Assembly: GCA_958296135.2 (NCBI GenBank)
Contig: CATQHZ020000001.1
Span: 448,001 to 512,000 of the forward strand
Direction of reading: 5' to 3'
DNA from: an uncultured Poribacteria bacterium
GTDB lineage: Bacteria > Poribacteria > WGA-4E > WGA-3G
DNA: 64,000 bases
Part shown: positions 10,063-19,562 of the stretch, one piece after another
Layout of the letters: each line of letters opens with the position of its first letter
Position numbering within the stretch: the first letter of the stretch is position 1
Position numbers and translations under genes: made by a program
Notes under the pieces: model-generated
What the model was told of the DNA's origin: nothing
Database searches by the model: none
Seen by the model: only the letters and a program-made list of their open reading frames with translations

Positions 10063-11175
10063 TTACGATTCCAAGCGCATCGGCATGATGAGACACGTAT
10101 GCCCCGGCTCCTCCGCGGGCTTCGCCACGACCGGATTCAACTCGCCGGAGAACTCCAGTTGGATATTTTCCGCGTCAATGTGCGAGAGTGCTTCCATGAG
10201 CAGGCGTGCATCGAACCCGATCCGCACACTTTTCGTGCAAGATTCCACGGCGACGGTTTCGTGTGCTTCCCCCAGTTCCGGTGTCTTCGCCGAAATCCGT
10301 ATGTTCTGCTCTTCCTCGTTAATCTCCAAGCAGATGGAGTAGTTTTTCGGGTTGGACAACAAGGAGACCCGGCGTGTGGCTCTCAGCATCGATTCGCGAT
10401 GTAAAACGGTGCGGCCCTCTGTCGTATCGGGTTCGGGGATAATTTTCTCGTACTTCGGATATTCTCCTTCAACCAACCGCGTTGTCAGCGTCGCGTTCTC
10501 ATCGGAGAACAAGATCTGGTTTTCAGCGATGGAGACGTTCACCGCGTCCGAATCGGAGAAGGTTTTGGCGATTTCGCGGACGGCTTTGAGCGGCACGATG
10601 AACCCGGTTACGCCTTCCGGGGGTGTGAGCGGGGCGCAGTGCGCCAGCGCGAGTTGTCGGCCATCCGTTGCAACCACCTCTGTCCTATCTTCGAGGAGGT
10701 TGAAATAGAGGCCGTTGAGAAAGTACCGGACTTCTTCGGTGGATGCCGCGAATTCGGTTTTCGCGAGCACGCCGCGCAGTGTTGCGCCATCAATGTTCAG
10801 TGCCTCACCGTCAATCGAGGGCAGTTGCGGGAATTCTTCATCGGGCAGGCCAATGATTTTGTAAACGCCGTTGCCGCATTCTAATTCCACCCGGTCGTTC
10901 GCGGTAGTGGTGAGGCGTATGTCCTCGGCTGGCAGCTCTTTGACAATGTCCGCTAATTTTTTGGCGGAAACGGTGATAGCACCTTCTTCGCTGATAGTCC
11001 CATCCACCTTGACGCGGATGCCTACCTCGAGGTCAGTGGCGATACATTCAATTTTTCCTTCATCCGCCTTGATAAGGACGTTTGAAAGAATCGGTAAGGT
11101 ATTGCGGCCACCTGCAACGCCTTGTAGCACTTGTAGCGAGCGCAAGAGGGGTTCTTTTTGAAACGTTAATTCCAT
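10063..11175 (-). CDS. dnaN: DNA polymerase III beta sliding clamp
   Basis: PILSNVL, ATDLE, RYFLNG, VATDGRQL, RLVEGEYP.Y and LIMPMR motifs; 370 aa. Confidence 0.97.
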   Translation of the reverse strand: MELTFQKEPLLRSLQVLQGVAGGRNTLPILSNVLIKADEGKIECIATDLEVGIRVKVDGTISEEGAITVSAKKLADIVKELPAEDIRLTTTANDRVELECGNGVYKIIGLPDEEFPQLPSIDGEALNIDGATLRGVLAKTEFAASTEEVRYFLNGLYFNLLEDRTEVVATDGRQLALAHCAPLTPPEGVTGFIVPLKAVREIAKTFSDSDAVNVSIAENQILFSDENATLTTRLVEGEYPKYEKIIPEPDTTEGRTVLHRESMLRATRRVSLLSNPKNYSICLEINEEEQNIRISAKTPELGEAHETVAVESCTKSVRIGFDARLLMEALSHIDAENIQLEFSGELNPVVAKPAEEPGHTCLIMPMRLES

Positions 11176-11210
11176 TCTTCACATCTCCTATAGCGTTCAA
11201 TGATTATTAA

Positions 11211-11239
11211 ATTATACCTTAAAATCGTGTGGAAGTCAA
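11211..11239 (-). promoter_or_regulatory. Sigma70-type promoter of dnaN
   Basis: TTGACT-N17-TATAAT on the minus strand. Confidence 0.65.
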
Positions 11240-11382
11240 GGAATTTCTGAGTTAAGCGGCGGCAATTCTCTTGACATCCTTCCTGTTTTTAGTATATCAT
11301 ATTCTTAGGAAAATCAACAAGAAAAAAATTCATTACCTCTTCTCAAAACACGTGATGCGACTCCCAAATCGCCTAGAAAACA

Positions 11383-13314
11383 ATGCAGAATACCGTACCA
11401 CAGACCGGACACGCCATTGCGAAACGCGCTGTCTTCATCGGCGCAGTCCTCATCATTGCGAATAGTTATTGGATCGCCTACGTGGAGATGATCTGGCATA
11501 CGGCGCATCTTACCACTGTCGCCATGTCGGTAAACGTCATGTTCGGCATTTTGATGATTACGGTGCTGAACCTCGGCGTGCAGCGCATCGTTCCGCGCGC
11601 CGCGTTGCAACAGCGCGACCTGCTCATCGTCTACGCTATGCTCGCTGTCGGCAGTGCCTTTTCGGGCCACGATTGCATCCCGCGCTTGATGGGGCTCATC
11701 CCGTATGCCTTCCGTTTCGCTACGCCGGAGAATGACTGGGAGGCACTGCTGTTCCATCATCTCCCCGAATGGCTCGTGGTGAAAGACCCGAGGGTTGTCC
11801 ACGATTTCTACGAAGGCGAGGTGAACTTCTTTACCGAAGGATACCTGCAGTATTGGATTGTGCCGATTTTGTCCTGGTCTGCCGTGATTTTCCTGCTGAT
11901 GCTGATTTTCTTATGCCTCACTTCGCTTATCCGCAAGCAGTGGTTGGAGAACGAAAAGCTAGCGTATCCGATTATCCAAATTCCGCTGGAGATAACTGCG
12001 GGCCGTAGCATTTTCAAAAACCGTCTGCTGTGGTTCGGTTTTGGAATCGCCGCCGGGATAAACCTGCTTAACGGGTTGCAGTTCTTTTTTCCGGTGCTGC
12101 CGGAAATTCCTGTGAGAAAGTATGATCTGAATATTTACTTCACACAGAAGCCGTGGAGCGCGATGGGCAGCACCCCGCTCCGATTCCATCCCTATCTGCT
12201 AGGGTTTTCGTTCATTTTGCCGTTGGATTTGGCGTTTTCCTGTACCTTCTTCTATTTCATGAAAAAGGGGCAGCTGCTCTTCGGGAGCATGGCGGGTGTG
12301 GCGACGTTTCAGGGTTACCCGTTTTTCGGTGAACAAGGTGCTGGTGCGCTGCTTGCGCTTCTGGCGATGGCTTGCTGGCATGCGCGCAAGCATTTTGCAT
12401 CTGTGTTATCGCAGGTATTTCGTCCGCATCGCGAAACCTCGAAAACGGAGGCACTCTCGCATCGCAGCGCGGTGATAACGCTCGGTGTCTCTCTGCTTTT
12501 GCTGGCGATATTCTGTGTGCGTGGCGGGATGTCGGTGTGGGCGTTCGCGATTTTCATTGCGATTTACCTGATGATTGTTGTCGGGTTGACGCGGATGCGC
12601 GCGGAACTGGGCCCGCCGATACACGCCATCGGCTATTTGACACCGCAATATATGATGATTTCGCTGCTTGGGACGCGGCGTTTGAGGCCGGGGAACCTCA
12701 CGATGCTCTCGCTGCTGAATTGGCTGAGCGGTGCGAGTTACGCCTCTTTCCGAACACATCCTATGCCAGAGCAACTGGAGGCGTTCAAGCTTGCGGAACG
12801 CACCGGCATTCGCAACCGCACGATGTTCATCGTGCTCGTGATTGCGAGTCTCGTCGGGATTTTGTCAAGTTTGATTCTCTATCCGTATGCGATTTACCGG
12901 GAGGGTGTCGCCGCGGGTTCCGAGCAAATTCATGCGGGCGGTGCGGATACATACAACTTCCTCTCATCATGGCTGGTGAATCCGAAACCGACGGATTGGC
13001 TGGCGACATCAGTTTTGTGCCTCGCTTTTGCGGCGAATTTGGGCATCATGTTCCTCCGCTCGCGTTTCGTGTGGTGTCCGTTGCATCCGGCGGGGTATGT
13101 CATCGGCGTTGCGCCGGGGACGACAGATGTGATTTGGTTTCCGCTTTTCCTCGCGATGGTAACGAAGTGGGTTATCCTTCGGCACGGCGGCGTGAATGCG
13201 TATCGGCGTGCGGTGCCGTTTTTTATCGGTTTGGTGCTCGGTGAGGCGTTGATGGGCTGTTTCTGGCCGCTGTTGAGTCTGGTGTTGCGTTCGGCGGTGT
13301 ATAGTTGGATTTAA
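11383..13314 (+). CDS. Polytopic membrane protein, DUF6785/DUF6784-type (putative transporter)
   Basis: ATPENDW, RKQW...EKL.YPI.Q.P, RMRAELGPP, HPMPEQLE and PLHP.GY motifs; many TM segments; paralog of 46243..48198. Confidence 0.75.
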   Translation: MQNTVPQTGHAIAKRAVFIGAVLIIANSYWIAYVEMIWHTAHLTTVAMSVNVMFGILMITVLNLGVQRIVPRAALQQRDLLIVYAMLAVGSAFSGHDCIPRLMGLIPYAFRFATPENDWEALLFHHLPEWLVVKDPRVVHDFYEGEVNFFTEGYLQYWIVPILSWSAVIFLLMLIFLCLTSLIRKQWLENEKLAYPIIQIPLEITAGRSIFKNRLLWFGFGIAAGINLLNGLQFFFPVLPEIPVRKYDLNIYFTQKPWSAMGSTPLRFHPYLLGFSFILPLDLAFSCTFFYFMKKGQLLFGSMAGVATFQGYPFFGEQGAGALLALLAMACWHARKHFASVLSQVFRPHRETSKTEALSHRSAVITLGVSLLLLAIFCVRGGMSVWAFAIFIAIYLMIVVGLTRMRAELGPPIHAIGYLTPQYMMISLLGTRRLRPGNLTMLSLLNWLSGASYASFRTHPMPEQLEAFKLAERTGIRNRTMFIVLVIASLVGILSSLILYPYAIYREGVAAGSEQIHAGGADTYNFLSSWLVNPKPTDWLATSVLCLAFAANLGIMFLRSRFVWCPLHPAGYVIGVAPGTTDVIWFPLFLAMVTKWVILRHGGVNAYRRAVPFFIGLVLGEALMGCFWPLLSLVLRSAVYSWI

Positions 13315-13564
13315 TGCAGTAGGCGAGCCCGCCCTGTCTTGATATTCCCCGGTAGCATCTACAAGTCAAGCTCTCCCGAAGTTCTGGAAACCTATAGGTT
13401 CTCCAGAGCATCAGACGAGCACAAACGACAGAGGGGAAAACTGAATCGCTCTATGTTACGGAAGAATATGCTGGTAAGGACAAGGGAGATGAGCGAACAG
13501 ACGACGATGTGTTTGCACATGTGGTTCTCTATCGGTTGTGCGGTGTTGCGCGCTATCGGTTTTC

Positions 13565-14020
13565 CTATTCTCTCGGATGCCGATATTCCGGTTTTGGGTT
13601 AATCAGGAGCGTGTTGTCAAGCGGGAGACTGACATGCTGATTTCCGTTTTTCAGTGTCACGCGCCGAGGTTGGATATCGGTAACCTGAAAGTCGCCGAGG
13701 GTGTCACCGACGGAGACGATGTGCGTCCGTCGCGTTGCGCTGTCTTGCAGGATGGCCCGCGCGGGCGTATCGCTATTTGTTAACGTTCCGAGGAGCTGAT
13801 AGGCGGGGTTGTTTTTTCGCGGCTGTCTCCATCCGAGCGGGCGGAACAGGTTGTTGTCAATAATTATCCGATAGAAGTCGTTGTCAAGGCGGTTCTCTGT
13901 TTGCGGTTGTGGACGAGGGCGTTCGCGCCGCGGTTTCGGTTGTGGTGCGCGGGTTTCTACCGCGGATACCTGCGTTTGCTTTTCGGGTGTTGCAGGTTTC
14001 GGTTTCTGTTTGAATCCGGC
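13565..14020 (-). pseudogene. 5'-truncated GspC/T2SS-N-like protein fragment
   Basis: FYRIIIDNNLFRPLGW...YQLLGT...VSVGD.LG.F.V..I....VTL. Lacks the N-terminal TM anchor and overlaps the upstream ORF. The 5' boundary is approximate. Confidence 0.45.
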
Positions 14021-14427
14021 AGCGTGACATCCTTTCGGACGCGGATTTCTTTTCCGCTTGTCTCTGCCTGATACTTCTGCTTTTTGAAGAAGCCGAAGAA
14101 CCCGTTTGTGAGCCATATCCGACCGATCCTCGTCGAGCTGCCATCATATTGCGCGAGGGTGGGGCCGCCGTTGAACGAGAAATTGACAAGCGATGCCTTT
14201 CCTTCGCCGATGCCGTTGGCCTCCGCGTAGACAGCGACATGCTGCTCCCGGCTGGGGTCCCACGTCACGCGCCCGTCCTGATTTATCCACCTCGTGACTT
14301 CCGTGGATCGATAGTTCATCGACGGAACTATAAGTGGGTCTTCGTGAAATGTAACATCGGAATGGGCCCCAGAAAGAAAAAGGAGGGAGCCCAGTGTGAG
14401 AATGAGGACTGTTAACGTTTTCATCAT
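13957..14427 (-). CDS. Hypothetical secreted protein, probably 3'-truncated
   Basis: AAGGAGG RBS and a signal peptide (MKTLTVLILTLGSLLFLSGAHS). The tail runs out of frame over the next fragment. Confidence 0.5.
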   Translation of the reverse strand: MMKTLTVLILTLGSLLFLSGAHSDVTFHEDPLIVPSMNYRSTEVTRWINQDGRVTWDPSREQHVAVYAEANGIGEGKASLVNFSFNGGPTLAQYDGSSTRIGRIWLTNGFFGFFKKQKYQAETSGKEIRVRKDVTLPDSNRNRNLQHPKSKRRYPR

Positions 14428-14435
14428 GAACCTCC

Positions 14436-15203
14436 TTAACGATATTCGTCGGGGATGAGGTAGTCGAGCCCCATCTTCCGATATTCGGCGTATTTGAGGC
14501 GCGCTCCCTCCTCGGTGGTGCGCCGATCCCTATCGCGTTTCTGCTCTTCTGTCCAGTCGGACGGAAAATAGTTCGTTGAGTAGATGACCGGAATGTCACC
14601 GATGTATTCCCGTTCCATCTGTCTCAGTTGTGCTAAGAGATGGGGCAGCCGCGGGTCTGATGAAGCTAAGCGATTCGCCTCAATACGGATTTCTTCGTAG
14701 TGTGCGAACTGTTCGGGTGTCGGTCGGAACCCGGGTTCAAGTCTCACGTCGAAGATGGGGTCTCCTTCTGGGTGTAAGATGGGTTCTCCGTTTGCATCTC
14801 GGCGTGCGGTGATGCCGAGTTCGTGTTGCAGGTCATCGTCCCAGATGTAGGTGTATCCCTCCGGCGGTGGTGGTACGCCGAGTTGTCGCCAGTATTGCGC
14901 TGCCATTTCCCGCAGTTTTTCTTCAGAGAAGTTGGAGAAATCGGAATAGATGCCTGGGGCGATTTCTGACGAGGTGCCTATAGGTGCTTCGTGCGGTTCG
15001 GCGTGCCATTCGTCACCGTGCCAGTGGCCGGCGGCCTCGGTTTCCTGTTCGGACACCTCGGTATTGGCGACCTGCTGCGGTTCTGGCTCGGGTGGTTGTG
15101 GTAGCGATGCATCAAACTGCGCCATGTTCCATTCGGCATAAAAGTGCCAGCCGAGGCAGAGCGCGAGAATGATGCCGATCGCGATGACGAGTGTTCGGTT
15201 CAT
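14436..15203 (-). CDS. Hypothetical membrane-anchored protein with GHWHGDEWHAEPH motif
   Basis: N-terminal TM helix, His/Trp motif, AAGGAG RBS. Confidence 0.65.
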   Translation of the reverse strand: MNRTLVIAIGIILALCLGWHFYAEWNMAQFDASLPQPPEPEPQQVANTEVSEQETEAAGHWHGDEWHAEPHEAPIGTSSEIAPGIYSDFSNFSEEKLREMAAQYWRQLGVPPPPEGYTYIWDDDLQHELGITARRDANGEPILHPEGDPIFDVRLEPGFRPTPEQFAHYEEIRIEANRLASSDPRLPHLLAQLRQMEREYIGDIPVIYSTNYFPSDWTEEQKRDRDRRTTEEGARLKYAEYRKMGLDYLIPDEYR

Positions 15204-15283
15204 GAGCATTCTCCTTGCATGGCGAGGGACAGTGGACATCTCTGCAGCGAGGCTGCAGAGAGGACAAAGTTAAAGTAAGGTAG

Positions 15284-15373
15284 CGTGTTTACGCGGGGCG
15301 ACACACGCACATTTTCTGTAGACGTGACCGTGTTTACGCGGGGCGACACACGCACATTTTCTGTAGGCGTGAC
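15284..15373. repeat. 45-bp tandem duplication inside an expanded REP
   Basis: CGTGTTTACGCGGGGCGACACACGCACATTTTCTGTAG(A/G)CGTGAC x2. Confidence 0.9.
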
Positions 15374-15724
15374 CGTAACGGCCCTCGTCCTACGGTGATG
15401 CGCGGTTGCGAGCCGCGCGGTTTTGTAGGTTTCCTACAAAAAAGAAAGTTGTCTCGCGCAGAGATTGCGCGACACGTGATGATGTCCTTGCCAAAAACAG
15501 ACAGGAGCATGTAACGGATGCAGAACGTGAGACCCTGCACCGTACAATTCGGACGGTGCTTCCGACAGATACTCGCGCAACCGCTGATGGAACGTGTTCA
15601 AGCGCGATGTCACCGTCCCTTTTGGGAGAGAACCAAATCGCTCTGCAATAATCAGCATCTACCAAGGGACATCGAGACCGGGAGGTCTCTCCTACCGGGG
15701 AATATCAAGACAGGGAAGGCTATC

Positions 15725-17200
15725 CTACTGTGTTACACCGAGGTGCACTTCGCAGGAGAGACTGCCCTGCAAACGGAACGGCACGCGCAAGCCCTCTTGC
15801 GTCAAATAGAGTGCCTCCGGGGTAACCGAATCGACTGTGCCGTGCAAGGTAACATAGGAGCCGATCTTTCGGTTTTCGATGACACGAACTAACATCTCTC
15901 GTAAATCTGTCAACCGTTCTTCTAGTGAGAAAACCAGTTTGTCCTCAACTGTTGTCCGTAGGTTTGGAAAGATGCCCTCGCCGATGTCTTCGGCAAACCC
16001 CAAAAGCAGACTTTGCGTCGTCAGCGCGTAGTTGAATTCGGTGACAGCGATGGACATCGCCGTTGCATCGTATACCGGCGTTCCGAGGAGGTAGAGTTGT
16101 CCGCGTGCGTCAAAGGCGGGCATGTTGAAGGCGACTCCTGCGACGAGTTGATTTCCGCTGCCGTAAAGGGACAAGGTTTCAACGTGCGTCTCAATGCCTT
16201 TCAAGTCATGTGCCTTTTCAACATGCGGTTCCGCCAATTTTTCAATGGCAGTGTAGGCGACTTCAATAGGCGCGAGAATGTGGTATCCCGATTCAAGCGC
16301 GTCCACGAATTGTAAGTCTGGCAGGGGTTTCTGTTCGGATGGTGCGCCTTCAAGTTGCGCTGCGGCGATATCCCCGATGAGCACCTGAATATAGGCTTTT
16401 ATGCCGAGGCTGATGAAGACGGTTTCCTCGTTCCCTGACAGGTGTTGCGAGGCGATTTCTAGCGGTTCCATGACAAGGACGATAGGCGGTTCATCTCGCA
16501 CCTTTGTGGGTTCTTGGAGGCGTTCCCATACGCTCGCGACGCGCGTTTTGACATCGACCCGGGCGATGTAAGTCACAATCAGTTCTTCTAATTTCGGGGC
16601 GACGACATCTTCCACCAATCGCGTAAAGATGCCCCGAATGGAGATGGGGATGCCCCAGAAGCGGAGTGTTGCCTCCTGAATTATAATGTCAAGTTCACTT
16701 TCCGGCTGAATGCTCCAATCCGAATTGAGCCTTAATTTGAGGGTTAGCGTCGCGGTTGCCTTGCCGGTAAAATTCTCGCGCTTCCGAATCACTTTTCCGA
16801 GCACCTTTTTAGATGCACGGGCCCAGCCCTTAAACTGAAAGGGCAGCTGCACCGAGATGGTGCTGTCGGGTGCGCCCGTCATCGTCATCGTGCCCGGCAT
16901 GAGGTTGACGAAAGACTCAATAGTGATGCCCTTGACGGTGTCTTCGCGCTGGATGGGCTTGCGGAGAAAGTCGCCGAGTGCAGAGGCCGCGACCTCCTTC
17001 ACATCCGCGATGGGCAATTTTGCATGCACAGCGATGGTTGAGGGTGTCGGCGGCGGTAACGGTATCGGCGTGACTTCCCGCGGTGGCGCGGGTGCTTCTA
17101 CTGTCCGTTCTGAACCGCTTGGAATGAAGAGGAAGCGCGCGATAAGAAGTAGCGCGATGCCGATAGCGGCGATGAGAATGATTTTTGTTCGTTTGTCCAT
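15725..17200 (-). CDS. DUF4403-like membrane-anchored protein
   Basis: N-terminal TM helix; W..LQEP and G.LYL.GTP.YD motifs; beta-rich, 491 aa. Confidence 0.65.
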   Translation of the reverse strand: MDKRTKIILIAAIGIALLLIARFLFIPSGSERTVEAPAPPREVTPIPLPPPTPSTIAVHAKLPIADVKEVAASALGDFLRKPIQREDTVKGITIESFVNLMPGTMTMTGAPDSTISVQLPFQFKGWARASKKVLGKVIRKRENFTGKATATLTLKLRLNSDWSIQPESELDIIIQEATLRFWGIPISIRGIFTRLVEDVVAPKLEELIVTYIARVDVKTRVASVWERLQEPTKVRDEPPIVLVMEPLEIASQHLSGNEETVFISLGIKAYIQVLIGDIAAAQLEGAPSEQKPLPDLQFVDALESGYHILAPIEVAYTAIEKLAEPHVEKAHDLKGIETHVETLSLYGSGNQLVAGVAFNMPAFDARGQLYLLGTPVYDATAMSIAVTEFNYALTTQSLLLGFAEDIGEGIFPNLRTTVEDKLVFSLEERLTDLREMLVRVIENRKIGSYVTLHGTVDSVTPEALYLTQEGLRVPFRLQGSLSCEVHLGVTQ

Positions 17201-17212
17201 AGTGTTTACCTG

Positions 17213-17902
17213 TCAATCTCCAGACCGTTTTTCAAGCGTCTTCTCGCCGAGGGTGCGGGATGTCACCAGCGAAAAGAAATAACTGACGAGGGCACTCGCC
17301 TGCGTGAGTATGCCCGCGAAGACTTTCTGCAGGCTCCGATTGTCAACGCCGAAGTCGTCGGCAATCTGTGGGTAGTTGCTACTTTTGCGATACGCTGGAC
17401 TAGCGCGGCGTAACCGGTGAAGTTCCAGCATAAAATAGCAGTAATCTCGAAGGGCAGCCTGCCGGTCTGACAGAATCTCGAGGAAACAAGCGAGGGTGTC
17501 CTTACTCGCCAACGTCCGCCGTTGTTCAACCGGAACCAACTTTTTGAGTTCCGCGATGTTCAGCGAGTCAATGCAAAGCGTGTAAAGACTTGCCATCAAC
17601 GCGTCAAAATCTCGCTGTTCGTCCGGTGCCGGGAGTGTCAAATCGGCGATGTAGTGCTCCGCATCGGGGTGTGGCGGCAGCAACAACTGCCAGCCGAGGT
17701 ATTCATAACCGTGCGCTTGCAACCGGTAATATCCATCTCGGAACCAGTTCTGCGGATGCTTGGCGTTCTGGAAGGGGAAGCTCTTAATGTAGAGTCGATA
17801 ATAGTCCTCGCTCACGCTGCCGTTTGGCGGGATGTTGTGGGCGCGCCAGTGCAGTTGCTCCGCATACGGCAGTTCTGCTTCTGTGCAGGGGTACCTTTCT
17901 TT
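17213..17902 (-). pseudogene. C-terminal fragment of a conserved hypothetical protein
   Basis: The frame extends upstream of the GTG at 17815 (LPYAEQLHWRAHNIPPNGSVSEDYY) to a TGA at 17903-17905 with no ATG. Confidence 0.45.
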
Positions 17903-18189
17903 TCACTCTATTTGGGTTCCATCTTTAGGGGCCCTCTTTTTCATGAACTTGAGTTTTGCATCATGCTCATACCAAATGCGGTTGATTTGTCTTACCGCTG
18001 TAGGGGAACTAGATGAGTTCCTCGGGTCTTGACATGTTTGGCCGCCCACCCATAGGCGAGCCCGAACGACTCAGGTTCATTTAGTATAACATATCTCTTT
18101 GCCATTTGGCAACTTAATTGTTGGACATAACCCGACGAATAGAAAAATGGCTGATGGCAAAATCTGTCCGGGCTTGATACATCTCAACT

Positions 18190-18322
18190 ATCGGGACCGG
18201 GAGAACCCTCCTACCGAGACGCCTCGGGACCAGGAGAACCCTCCTACCGGGACGCGGCAGATTAAGGACAGAGGTCCCGCCTACCGGAATACGGCAGATT
18301 AAGGACGGAGGGCCCGCCTACC
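18190..18322. repeat. Cluster of four GTAG-type REP units
   Basis: GGGACC(G/A)GGAGAACCCTCCTACC x2 and GCAGATTAAGGAC...CCCGCCTACC x2. Confidence 0.75.
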
Positions 18323-19484
18323 AAAACCGACGAATGGAAAAATGGCTGATGTCAAAACTTGTTTTGTCTGTCTGCGCTAATTCGTTCATGATGCGGCCGA
18401 CGAGGGCGCAAAACTTGAAACCGTGCCCAGAAAACCCGGCGGCAATCAGCACATCAGGGCAGTCGGGATGCGCATCGATGATAAAATCTTCGTCCGGCGT
18501 TTCGGTGTAGAGGCACACCTCCGCGTGAGCCGCTTTACCAAGACTCGGTATCCGTTCTTGCACGTAGGCATCGAGCCGCGCAATGTAATCGGCATCAGGG
18601 GTGCGGTTGCAGGTATCCGGGGAGATAGGCTGTCCCCATCCGTGCCGCGCTACTTTTACGCCGTTTTTTCCGAAATCAGGGATGCCGTAGAAAAATTCGT
18701 TCTCCGCGGTTACCTCAACGAAGACAGGGAACCGCTCTGGTGTGTAAGCGTGGCTGTTTTTATCCGCCGGCCGGTAATAGCAGACCTGTTGCCGTGTCAC
18801 GGTGAGCGGGAGATTCAATTCGGCGACGAGCCTCTCTGTCCACGCCCCCGTTGTTACGATAATCTTTCTCGCGCGAAAGTGCCCGTCCTTTGTCTCAACA
18901 CGCGGTACATCTGCGTGCCAGTCTATCCGCGTGACAGGTGTGTTCTCCCGGATGTCTGCGCCGTGGCGTTCTGCTAATTGCAAGTGCGTTGCGACGCAGG
19001 CGGCTGCATGCAGGAACCCGCTGTCCTGCTGCCAGAGGATGTCCATCCCCTTTGGCACCTGGAATTGCGGAAAACGCCGCGCTAAGCGTTCGGCATCCCA
19101 TTCCTCGGATGCAACACCCGCCGTCTCCAAATTCTCACGGGTGGCCAGGCTATAGTGATTTCCTGCAACGCCGAGGCTGACGCTCCCGGTGGTGAACAGC
19201 AGCGGCGTGCTGGCCTCCTTCTCCACGGCGCGCCATTCGGCGTAGGCGGATTTCATCAATTCGGTGTAGAACGGCTTATCGTAGAACAACCGGATGATGC
19301 GGGTTTCGCCGTGCGAACTGCCGAAGGTGTGCCCGCGCTGGAACTGTTCTAAGACGAGGACACTTGCGCCAGCTTTGGCGATGTGATAGGCGGCGGCACT
19401 GCCCATTCCGCCTGCGCCGATAACGATGGCATCGTAGATTTTTGTTGTTCGCGAGGCGTTCAATAACGTATCTGGTGCAATCAC
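18318..19484 (-). CDS. solA: N-methyl-L-tryptophan oxidase / monomeric sarcosine oxidase family
   Basis: GAGGMGSAAA, GSSHG.TRIIR, CLYTETPDEDFIID and GFSGHGFKF motifs. Confidence 0.85.
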   Translation of the reverse strand: MIAPDTLLNASRTTKIYDAIVIGAGGMGSAAAYHIAKAGASVLVLEQFQRGHTFGSSHGETRIIRLFYDKPFYTELMKSAYAEWRAVEKEASTPLLFTTGSVSLGVAGNHYSLATRENLETAGVASEEWDAERLARRFPQFQVPKGMDILWQQDSGFLHAAACVATHLQLAERHGADIRENTPVTRIDWHADVPRVETKDGHFRARKIIVTTGAWTERLVAELNLPLTVTRQQVCYYRPADKNSHAYTPERFPVFVEVTAENEFFYGIPDFGKNGVKVARHGWGQPISPDTCNRTPDADYIARLDAYVQERIPSLGKAAHAEVCLYTETPDEDFIIDAHPDCPDVLIAAGFSGHGFKFCALVGRIMNELAQTDKTSFDISHFSIRRFW

Positions 19485-19562
19485 GTCTCTCTCCGTCCAT
19501 CCGTCATCGACGTTGTCGATGACTACGTTTCGTGAGCTACCCTTTAGGTTCGCCCGATTGCG

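Larger units (their letters stand above)
13317..15730. mobile_element. ~2.3-kb insert with 9-bp direct repeat inside an inverted REP pair
   Basis: 39-bp inverted repeats at 13317-13355 and 15692-15730 (35/39 identical; 24 bp perfect). AGCATCTAC direct repeat at 13354-13362 and 15654-15662. Confidence 0.5.

Noticed and set aside
12372-13244. 290-aa overlapping ORF (similar ones at 2330-3178 and 38331-39137)
   Set aside because: They are alternative-frame or antisense shadows of well-supported genes.
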